DNA of 43,647 bases from a virus (taxonomy: Duplodnaviria > Caudoviricetes). The stretch spans positions 1 through 43,647 of IMG/VR virus record IMGVR_UViG_3300012940_000048. The stretch is one strand, 5' to 3'. Below are positions 8,323 to 15,661 of the stretch, piece after piece; position 1 is the stretch's first letter; the number at the start of each line of letters is the position of its first letter. The position numbers were made by a program, and so were the translations under genes. The notes below the pieces were generated by a model. It saw only the letters and a program-made list of their open reading frames with translations, was not told where the DNA came from and searched no databases.

Positions 8323-8832
8323 GTGGCAGACACTAAGACCAAAACGATCAACGGCCTCACCTTCGAAATTCGCCAGCCATATGCGGAAGGCCACACGATC
8401 AATGAAGCCGAAGCCCGTGCCCTGAACCAGACTCGTTCCGAGAACATCGGCAACAACGTCAGGGCCAAGGTGAAGGAGATGCAGGAAGCCGGCACCGATC
8501 TTTCCGAGATCGTCGCTTACGTCGCCGAGGTTGACTCTGCCTATGAGTTCACTCTCGCAGCCGTCGCCGCGTCCCGTAAGCTCGATCCGTACGAGCGCGA
8601 AGCCCGCGCCATCGCCCGCGAACTCCTCAAGAACCACCTCGCCAAGGACGGCCGCAAGCTCACCGCGGCACCCGAGGGCCTCACTGACGAGGAGTGGAAG
8701 GACAAGATCGAGAGCGAAATCGAGCGTATCGCCACCAGCGAGGGCGTCGTCAAGCAGGCGAAGAAGAACGTCGATGCCAAGAAGAAGGCAGCCGATACGC
8801 TCATGGAGTCCATCGGCGGAGTTTCCGTCTAA
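8323..8832 (+). CDS. Hypothetical protein, probably highly expressed (169 aa)
   Basis: AAGGAG then GTG 8323; strongly biased codons; own promoter and downstream hairpin. Confidence 0.85.
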   Translation: MADTKTKTINGLTFEIRQPYAEGHTINEAEARALNQTRSENIGNNVRAKVKEMQEAGTDLSEIVAYVAEVDSAYEFTLAAVAASRKLDPYEREARAIARELLKNHLAKDGRKLTAAPEGLTDEEWKDKIESEIERIATSEGVVKQAKKNVDAKKKAADTLMESIGGVSV

Positions 8833-8863
8833 CACTTTCTCCTCCGTTTGTTGTTAGACTGAA

Positions 8864-8894
8864 GGGGTGGGGCTTCGGCCCTGCCCCGCTTCTT
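8864..8894 (+). terminator. Putative intrinsic terminator or stabilising hairpin
   Basis: GGGGTGGGGC-TTCG-GCCCTGCCCC followed by GCTTCTT (weak U tract). Confidence 0.65.
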
Positions 8895-8912
8895 CTCAGA
8901 AAGGATTTTCTA

Positions 8913-9146
8913 ATGTCGGAAATTCATCCAGCCCCCGGGGAGTTTACCGAAGACCAACTTTCGGCTGATCCAATCCTCCGATATTTTCACTACGCCCATC
9001 TCCCACCTTTCCTACAGTCGGTGAGTAAGCAGTTCTTTTTGACTGCTCAGTTCATTGTAGAAACCTGTCCCCGAAACCCGGAACGCACCGTCGCCCTTCG
9101 CAAGCTTCTCGAAGCTAAAGACGCTGCAGTTCGTTCAAACGTTTGA
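8913..9146 (+). CDS. Small helical-hairpin protein, possibly Acb2/Tad1-like
   Basis: AAGGA RBS; ILRYFHYAHLP...CPRNPERTVALRKLLEAKDAAVR. Confidence 0.7.
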   Translation: MSEIHPAPGEFTEDQLSADPILRYFHYAHLPPFLQSVSKQFFLTAQFIVETCPRNPERTVALRKLLEAKDAAVRSNV

Positions 9147-9154
9147 GGTTCTCC

Positions 9155-9451
9155 ATGGAAATCTTCGCAACTGTAGTTGGCATTTCCTTCCGCCCTGCTT
9201 CCGCCAAAGACGCCATGCGCGCGCTTGAGGTTGGCGACAGCCTCAACCTCGAAGCCGATCCCGAAAACCCCTACGACTCCAACGCCGTCAAGGTCATCGA
9301 CCCCGCCTCCGGCGAGTTCATCGGCTTCATTTCCCGCGAGTCCAATTCCGAGACCGCCGAGCACCTCGCCAACGGAGGGGAAGTCTCTTGCGAGATCGTC
9401 TCCTTCCTCGGCACCCTCAAGCCGCATGTCCGTATAACGCTGCATGAGTAA
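9155..9451 (+). CDS. HIRAN domain protein
   Basis: VVGISFR; LEADPENPYDSNAVKV; IGFISR. Confidence 0.9.
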   Translation: MEIFATVVGISFRPASAKDAMRALEVGDSLNLEADPENPYDSNAVKVIDPASGEFIGFISRESNSETAEHLANGGEVSCEIVSFLGTLKPHVRITLHE

Positions 9452-9662
9452 GCTGCCGCTCTTAGAGCTGCTTTACGCAGCCCTTCGCAGTAAGTTCGGC
9501 GTCGTCATTGAAACCGATGATGCCGAACGACTGCGGCAAAAACTCTATCCCCTTCGCAAGGACGATCCCGACCTCATGTCCTTGTCCTTCGTGATCAGTC
9601 CCATTAACGGGAAAGACCTGTGGATCGTCAAGACTAAAGGAGCCCGCGATGGCGAAGAATGA
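9444..9662 (+). CDS. Hypothetical protein
   Basis: 72-aa ORF overlapping neighbours. Confidence 0.75.
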   Translation: MSKLPLLELLYAALRSKFGVVIETDDAERLRQKLYPLRKDDPDLMSLSFVISPINGKDLWIVKTKGARDGEE

Positions 9663-9834
9663 CGAAGACCTTTCCAAACATACCCTGAACCTTTTCCCCG
9701 GCGACTACGATAAGCTCCGTGAGCTTTTCCCCGACGTAGGCGCTGGCCCCATCATCCGCAAGATCGTCCGCAACTTCATCGCCAAGGTGGAGCAGGAACG
9801 GTCCGTGAATGTTAAGACGGAGGTGAAACTATGA
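9649..9834 (+). CDS. Hypothetical protein, possible ribbon-helix-helix
   Basis: AAGGAG RBS; KHTLNL strand followed by two helices. Confidence 0.7.
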   Translation: MAKNDEDLSKHTLNLFPGDYDKLRELFPDVGAGPIIRKIVRNFIAKVEQERSVNVKTEVKL

Positions 9835-10034
9835 GCGACCTGCATGAACTGATGGCCCGCGACCCCCTCACCCATACTCGCGAGGACATCGAGACGATCA
9901 TCGCTGAGATGCGGAAGTCCCGCCACGCATTCAACGCTGGCAACCTCCGAGCTGGTTCCACCAAACCGAAGACCGAGAAGCAGAAGCAGGTGGAAAAGCT
10001 TGCCGATACCCTCGATCTCAAGATCGATTTGTGA
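9831..10034 (+). CDS. Hypothetical protein
   Basis: GGAGG RBS, ATGA overlap. Confidence 0.75.
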   Translation: MSDLHELMARDPLTHTREDIETIIAEMRKSRHAFNAGNLRAGSTKPKTEKQKQVEKLADTLDLKIDL

Positions 10035-10041
10035 GGCGAAG

Positions 10042-11085
10042 ATGACCCAACCTAAAGCCTTTGACGCCTCCGGCATCCAATTCGGATGGGACAGCACCAG
10101 CATCAAGCTGGCCGAAGAGTGCCTCTACAAATACAAGCTGAAGATGATCGACGGATGGCAGCCCGAAACCCTTTCCGTCCACCTCCGGTTTGGCCAGCAT
10201 TACGCCACCGCCCTCGAACACTACCACAAGCACATTGCCCTCGGCATCGACCATGACGAAGCGGTTTACCTCGTGGTGAAGGAGGCACTGGAGGATACGT
10301 GGGATCGACCGATCTGTAAAGAATGTCAGGGTGAGGGACAGCTGGATATTACCACAGAGTTTGCCGAGGAAAATCCGTGGGCGGGTAGAGTTGATAAAGC
10401 TGTGACCCCTTGTGAAACTTGTAACGCAACAGGGATTTCTGCCGAAGGAGCTCCTTGGGAGTCCGACCACAACGTAAAGACCCGAGCCAACCTCATCCGC
10501 ACCATCATTTGGTACTTGGAGCAGTTCGGCAAGGACGACGCCGTTTCCACCCTGATCCTTTCCGATGGAGTTCCCGCTGTCGAACACAGCTTCGCCCTCC
10601 CCGTTGACAACGGCATCGTCTTCGCCGGTCACCTCGATCGACTCGGCGTCTACGCAGGCGACCCTTACGTTCAGGACCAGAAAACCACAGGCGCTACCAT
10701 CACTCAACGTTACTTCGAGGGGTTCAACCCGGACACTCAAATGTCCATGTACACCTTCGCAGGTAAGGTAGCCTACGGCATCCCTGTTAAGGGCGTGATC
10801 ATCGATGCGGCGCAAATCGCTGTCGGCTTCAGTCGGTTCGAGCGGGGTTTCACCTTCCGAGTCGAAGCCCAACTCAACGAGTGGTACGACCACACTATGT
10901 ACCATATCGAGGTGGCACGAAAGGCGACGAGGGAAAACTTCTTCCCCATGAACCGAAGCTCTTGCGGCAACTACGGCGGCTGTGAGTTCCGCGACATTTG
11001 TTCCCGTGCCCCATCGGTTCGTGAACAGTTTCTGAAAGCCAAGTATATCCGTGGACCTCGTTGGGACCCTCTCACTCCCCGCTAA
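10042..11085 (+). CDS. PD-(D/E)XK Cas4/AddB-like exonuclease
   Basis: VEHSF; GHLDRL; DQKTT; QMSMY; N-terminal Cys plus C-terminal CGNYGGCEFRDIC cysteine set. Confidence 0.88.
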   Translation: MTQPKAFDASGIQFGWDSTSIKLAEECLYKYKLKMIDGWQPETLSVHLRFGQHYATALEHYHKHIALGIDHDEAVYLVVKEALEDTWDRPICKECQGEGQLDITTEFAEENPWAGRVDKAVTPCETCNATGISAEGAPWESDHNVKTRANLIRTIIWYLEQFGKDDAVSTLILSDGVPAVEHSFALPVDNGIVFAGHLDRLGVYAGDPYVQDQKTTGATITQRYFEGFNPDTQMSMYTFAGKVAYGIPVKGVIIDAAQIAVGFSRFERGFTFRVEAQLNEWYDHTMYHIEVARKATRENFFPMNRSSCGNYGGCEFRDICSRAPSVREQFLKAKYIRGPRWDPLTPR

Positions 11086-11105
11086 CCTCAAGGAGACTTT
11101 AACCG

Positions 11106-11873
11106 ATGGCGACGCTTGACGAACATCAGTCTTCCCGCTTCACCAAACTTGTTTACATCGGCGACAGTGGCACCGGCAAGACCGGCTCCCTCGTCAGCCT
11201 CTTAGCCGATGGCTACAGGTTTAAGATCTTGGACATGGACAACGGCCTTGACTCCCTCGTCCACTTCGCCCGGCAGCAGTGTCCGGATAAACTGAAGAAC
11301 GTGGAGTACGAAACCCTGCGCGACGAATACCGGGCGAGCAAGTCCGGCCCGATCATCAAAGGCCAGCCGAAGGCGTTCGTCGCGGCCCTAGAAATTCTGA
11401 CGAAGTGGTCAGAGATTGAAGATGAAGAAACCATTTTCGTCCTCGATAGTGGATCGGCCTTCGGGCGCTCTGCCTTTGAATGGGCGAAGGGCATGAACCC
11501 GATGGCCAAGGACCCTCGCCAGTGGTACTTCTCCGCACAGCAGGCCGTCGAGTCCACCATCGCCATGCTCACCGGCGAGTCATTCCGAATGAACGTGATC
11601 GTCATCAGCCACATCAACTACAAAGAGATAGTTGAAGGCGTGAATAAGGGCTATGCCAATTTCATCGGCTCGGCCCTCGGTCCCACCATTCCCAAGTACT
11701 TCAACACTCTTGTCTTGGCGGAAAGCCAGGGCTCGGGTACCAACACCAAACGGAAGATTAAGACAATGCCGACCGGCATCATCGACCTCAAGGTCCCCAA
11801 CCCCTCGGTCGAGCGCGAGCTTCCTTTGGAAACCGGATTGTCCACGCTATTCAAACACCTGCGCGGACAGTAG
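11106..11873 (+). CDS. AAA_24 / Sak4-like recombination ATPase
   Basis: GDSGTGKT; ILDMDNG; VLDSGS; VISH; lies between exonuclease and SSB-like gene. Confidence 0.85.
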   Translation: MATLDEHQSSRFTKLVYIGDSGTGKTGSLVSLLADGYRFKILDMDNGLDSLVHFARQQCPDKLKNVEYETLRDEYRASKSGPIIKGQPKAFVAALEILTKWSEIEDEETIFVLDSGSAFGRSAFEWAKGMNPMAKDPRQWYFSAQQAVESTIAMLTGESFRMNVIVISHINYKEIVEGVNKGYANFIGSALGPTIPKYFNTLVLAESQGSGTNTKRKIKTMPTGIIDLKVPNPSVERELPLETGLSTLFKHLRGQ

Positions 11874-11921
11874 GCTAGCCACCTTAACGGCTCTTTCAAC
11901 CTCAACTAGGATAAAACACAA

Positions 11922-12380
11922 ATGGCACTTTCCTTTTCCTCCATCGCTGACAAGAAAGTCGAAGAGATCGAGCGTCCGCCGCTTCCGCCGGTCGGCACCT
12001 ACCGCTGGAAGATCCTGAAGCTTCCCGAGCTTTCCAAGAGCTCCGACGAGAAGTGGGAAATCCTGAACGTCAGCGTTCGCGCGGTAGAGGCTCTCGACGA
12101 CGTTGAGGTCGCCGACTACCCAGGCAAAATCGACGGTATCATGCAGTCGGTGCGCTTCATGTTCAACCTCGAGGACGAGGCGGAGTTCGAGAAGACCCTC
12201 TTCCGCGTCCGTCAGTTCTTCGAGAAGCATGTTCAGTGCGCCGAAGAGGGCATGAGCATTGCGCAGGCCATCAACGCTTCGGTCGGCGGTGAGTTCCTCG
12301 GCACCATCGCATGGCGTCAGGACAAGAACGATGCGGACGTGTTCCACGCGAACATCAGCCGCACGGCTCCTCTCGACTAA
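11922..12380 (+). CDS. Putative ssDNA-binding protein (DUF669-like)
   Basis: PPLPPVGTY N-terminal motif; position after a Sak4-like ATPase. Confidence 0.65.
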   Translation: MALSFSSIADKKVEEIERPPLPPVGTYRWKILKLPELSKSSDEKWEILNVSVRAVEALDDVEVADYPGKIDGIMQSVRFMFNLEDEAEFEKTLFRVRQFFEKHVQCAEEGMSIAQAINASVGGEFLGTIAWRQDKNDADVFHANISRTAPLD

Positions 12381-12385
12381 TCTAA

Positions 12386-12412
12386 AGGGGGCTTCGGCCC
12401 CCTCCCCTTTTT
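12386..12412 (+). terminator. Putative intrinsic terminator
   Basis: AGGGGGC-TTCG-GCCCCCT followed by CCCCTTTTT. Confidence 0.65.
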
Positions 12413-12425
12413 CAGGAGTTCCAAA

Positions 12426-12650
12426 ATGGAAAGCGAAAAATTTTACCTGTGGTCCACCCGCGCGCAGGGTTGGTTATCGCCGGGCGGTCACTTCACCAAC
12501 CAGATGTCGGACGCTCGAGTCTTTGACGAAGCCGAGGCTTTCGACTACTGCAAAGTCCATTACAAGAACGGGTTCAGTGAGTACGGTCTACTCCCCATTC
12601 GCCTTAACGATCTTCAGCGCATAAGGGACCTCGCAAATGGTAAGCGGTAA
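12426..12650 (+). CDS. Hypothetical protein
   Basis: AGGAG RBS, 74 aa. Confidence 0.75.
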   Translation: MESEKFYLWSTRAQGWLSPGGHFTNQMSDARVFDEAEAFDYCKVHYKNGFSEYGLLPIRLNDLQRIRDLANGKR

Positions 12651-13938
12651 CTTCCGGTCCTTCCCGGTTTCCTCCATCATCGTCAACCGCGACGAGCGAC
12701 AGCGTCGGGAACTTGTCGGCATCGACGAACTGGCCGAGTCCATCCACCGCACCGGCTTAATCAACCCCATCGTCATCACGCAGGACGGGGTGCTCGTCGC
12801 CGGCGAACGTCGTCTTACTGCTGTCCGATCCCTCGGATGGACAAACATCTCCGTTCAGTTCGTTGAAGATCTTAACGAGTTCCAGCTCGCCGTCATCGAA
12901 CTTGAAGAGAACATCAAGCGGGTGGACCTGACTTGGCAGGACGAATGCCTTGCCATGGAAAAATATTTCCGACTCCGAAAAGAGCATGAAGGGGCATCGC
13001 AGGATGAAGTCGCCGTGAATCTCGGCGTCAGCCAATCCGAACTTTCTCGAAAGCTTCAGGTCGCCGAAGCAATCCTCGAGGGCAACGACCGAGTGGCTAA
13101 GGCGGAAAAGTTTTCCGTCGCCCGTAATCTTGTCGAGCGTACGAACGAACGCAAGCGAGCCACGGCACTAACTTCCGCAACTGAAACTCTGTTCACCGGA
13201 ACAGTTGAAGAAGAGGAAGAAGAGAAGCCCACGAAACCTAAAGCCCCTCTCATCAACGAGGACTTCCACGAGTGGGCAGCGGCTTACACTGGCACTCCCT
13301 TCAACCTCATCCACTGCGATTTCCCCTACGGTATCAACGTAGCGGACAGCCCCCGGCAGAACTCGAGCATCCAAGAGTACTACGAGGACAGCAAGGACAT
13401 CTACTTCAACCTCCTCTCCACGTTGGAGATGTCCATGAGCAACGTCGTCGCCCCCTCCGCCCACCTTATCTTCTGGTTCAGCATGGACTACTACCATGTG
13501 ACGAAGGACTGGCTGGAGCGGATGGGATGGAAGGTCAACCCCTTCCCCCTCATCTGGCACAAGAGCGACAACGCTGGCATCGCCCCGGACCCTCAGCGCG
13601 GACCCCGCCGTACCTACGAGACCGCCTTCTTCGCCTCACGCGGGGACAGGAAGTTAACGCAAGTCGGTGCCCGCAGCAACTCCTTTGCCTTCCCCGGCAA
13701 GAAAGGGCCGGACGGCATTCACCTTTCCGAGAAGCCTGTGGAGATGCTCAAGCATTTCCTGTCAATGGTCTGCGACGAATACTCCCTCGTCCTCGATCCC
13801 ACCTGCGGCAGCGGCAACGCTCTTAAAGCCGCAACAGCGCTTGGCGCCCCCACCGTCCTCGGCATCGAAAAGTCCTTGGACTTCTACACCACCGCAGTCA
13901 CTCGTTACTATGGAGATGAAGATGAAGTATCCTCATGA
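12637..13938 (+). CDS. ParB/Srx N-terminal domain fused to an N4-C/N6-A DNA methyltransferase
   Basis: GLINPIVI, LVAGERRL, ENIKRVDL (ParB); HTH; DFPY motif IV, HLSEKP, LDPTCGSG motif I (beta-class order). Confidence 0.88.
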   Translation: MVSGNFRSFPVSSIIVNRDERQRRELVGIDELAESIHRTGLINPIVITQDGVLVAGERRLTAVRSLGWTNISVQFVEDLNEFQLAVIELEENIKRVDLTWQDECLAMEKYFRLRKEHEGASQDEVAVNLGVSQSELSRKLQVAEAILEGNDRVAKAEKFSVARNLVERTNERKRATALTSATETLFTGTVEEEEEEKPTKPKAPLINEDFHEWAAAYTGTPFNLIHCDFPYGINVADSPRQNSSIQEYYEDSKDIYFNLLSTLEMSMSNVVAPSAHLIFWFSMDYYHVTKDWLERMGWKVNPFPLIWHKSDNAGIAPDPQRGPRRTYETAFFASRGDRKLTQVGARSNSFAFPGKKGPDGIHLSEKPVEMLKHFLSMVCDEYSLVLDPTCGSGNALKAATALGAPTVLGIEKSLDFYTTAVTRYYGDEDEVSS

Positions 13939-14296
13939 CCGTTACAACAGACTTCTCAAAGAGACCTTCGGGGAAATCCTAAAACTTTCCGAACTGAAGG
14001 GGGGTGAGTACGCGGGGGACGACGACCGCCTCGCAAACTTCCGGCGCAACGCTACCGCTCTTGGCCTTCTCCCCGAGCAAGTCTGGGCTGTCTACTGCGC
14101 GAAGCATTGGGACGCGATCATTCAGTTCGTTCATGACCTAGGCTCCGGAAAGGAGCGAAAGCGTTTGGAGTCCCTCTCTTCCCGCGTTGACGACATCATC
14201 GTTTATATGCTATTGTTCAAGGCTATGCTCGATGAGCGGGAACAGATTTCCTCGCCAAAAGCTGATGTTAACGTCTTGGCAAAGGAGCTGGTATGA
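13922..14296 (+). CDS. All-alpha nucleotide-modification-associated or NTP pyrophosphatase-like protein
   Basis: GGAG RBS; KGGEYA...LANF and DDIIVY motifs resemble Nmad1/DUF6378-type families. Confidence 0.6.
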   Translation: MKYPHDRYNRLLKETFGEILKLSELKGGEYAGDDDRLANFRRNATALGLLPEQVWAVYCAKHWDAIIQFVHDLGSGKERKRLESLSSRVDDIIVYMLLFKAMLDEREQISSPKADVNVLAKELV

Positions 14297-15312
14297 CCAT
14301 TATGCTGGTGGGGGAGACTTGGGGGGTTGAAGAGGAGAAAGAAGGCAAGCCTTTCGTCGGCACCTCCGGCTTCATCCTCAACGGCATGTTAAAAATCGTT
14401 GGCATCAACCGCAGCGATTGTTACATCACCAACGTCTTCAACCTCCGTCCAAAGCCATCCAACGATGTCGCCAATCTTTGTGGATCAAAGGCCGAGGCTA
14501 TCCCCGGCCTTCCCGCACTCATCCGGGGAAAGTATGTTCGTAAAGAGTTTGCAGGAGAACTTGATCGACTCTTTGACGAAATTAAACGCGAGCAACCCAA
14601 CGTCATTGTTGCGTTTGGCGCAACCGCCGCATGGGCTTTGCTCCAGTCCTCGGGCATACGAGCTATACGTGGGTCAGTTGCGGGAACTCCTTCGAATGTG
14701 TCACAGCACCTTGGAAGAACGTTCAAAGTCCTCCCTACCTACCACCCCGCAGCTGTAGCCCGCGAATGGACTCTTCGCCCGATCGTCATCAACGATCTGG
14801 ATAAAGCGAAGAGGGAAAGTGAAAGCCCCGAAGTCAACCGCCCCTCCCGTTCCGTCTGGATCGAGCCCACCCTTGCCGACCTCCAACTCTTTGAGGATCA
14901 ATATGTCAAAAACGCTTCCAACCTCTCCATCGATATTGAAACGAAGGGGGACCAAATTACTTGTATCGGTTTCGCGCCTGACCCTTCTGTGGCTATTGTC
15001 ATCCCCTTCTACGCCGTAGGTTATCCCGGCAACAACTACTGGCCCGACCTCCAGTCCGAGCTAATCGCGTGGAATTTCGTCCGGCGCTGGTGCCAGAAAC
15101 CTTCCGTCTTTCAGAACGGTCTCTACGACATTCACTTTCTATGGCGCCGTTATGGCATCGCAGTCCCCAACGCCGTAGAAGACACCATGCTCATGCACCA
15201 CGCCTTCCAGCCCGAAATGGAAAAGGGCCTCGGCTTTCTCGCCTCCATCTACACCGACGAGGCGAGCTGGAAATTCATGCGTAAGACTGACACGATTAAG
15301 AAAGGAGATTAA
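14293..15312 (+). CDS. Family-4-like uracil-DNA glycosylase fused to the N-terminal part of a 3'-5' exonuclease
   Basis: VGETWG, PFVGTSG, YITNV, TYHPAA (UDG); DIET ExoI, FQNGLYD ExoII, EDTMLMHH. Confidence 0.88.
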   Translation: MTIMLVGETWGVEEEKEGKPFVGTSGFILNGMLKIVGINRSDCYITNVFNLRPKPSNDVANLCGSKAEAIPGLPALIRGKYVRKEFAGELDRLFDEIKREQPNVIVAFGATAAWALLQSSGIRAIRGSVAGTPSNVSQHLGRTFKVLPTYHPAAVAREWTLRPIVINDLDKAKRESESPEVNRPSRSVWIEPTLADLQLFEDQYVKNASNLSIDIETKGDQITCIGFAPDPSVAIVIPFYAVGYPGNNYWPDLQSELIAWNFVRRWCQKPSVFQNGLYDIHFLWRRYGIAVPNAVEDTMLMHHAFQPEMEKGLGFLASIYTDEASWKFMRKTDTIKKGD

Positions 15313-15313
15313 C

Positions 15314-15661
15314 TTGCTTTATCTCGCTTCTCCCTACTCCTCCCCCGATCCCCTCATCCAAAAGACCCGGTTCCTTTTGGTCGAGCAGGTCACGGCCCAA
15401 CTCATTGAGCAGGGCTATTTCATCTACAGCCCCATCGTTCACTGCCACGCTCTTGCCGAGCGCTACGCTCTACCCACCGACTTCGCCTTCTGGAAATCTT
15501 ACAACATCGATATGATCAGGCGTGCGGACCAGTTCCTCATCCTCGACATTCCGGGTTGGAAAGAGTCCAAGGGAGTAACCGCTGAATACACCTTCGCCCG
15601 CGATGCAGGGATTGAGTGTGGATTTGTTTCTAAGGATGGAGTCGTTCGTTGGCACGAATAA
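15314..15661 (+). CDS. DUF1937 / nucleoside 2-deoxyribosyltransferase-like protein
   Basis: YLASPYS; YSPIVHCH; GWKESKGVTAE; AAGGAG RBS with TTG start. Confidence 0.8.
   Translation: MLYLASPYSSPDPLIQKTRFLLVEQVTAQLIEQGYFIYSPIVHCHALAERYALPTDFAFWKSYNIDMIRRADQFLILDIPGWKESKGVTAEYTFARDAGIECGFVSKDGVVRWHE

Noticed and set aside
10042-11085. CRISPR-Cas system suggested by the Cas4-like gene
   Set aside because: No array or other cas genes; the context is a phage recombination module
10018-11091. 357-aa minus-strand ORF
   Set aside because: Mirror of the exonuclease gene caused by codon bias
12637-13000. Plasmid-prophage partition system
   Set aside because: The ParB domain is fused to an MTase; no ParA, Rep or integrase recognised
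15312-15649. Self-splicing intron or split intein joining the polymerase halves
   Set aside because: The interval is entirely filled by a protein gene, with no intron core or intein termini
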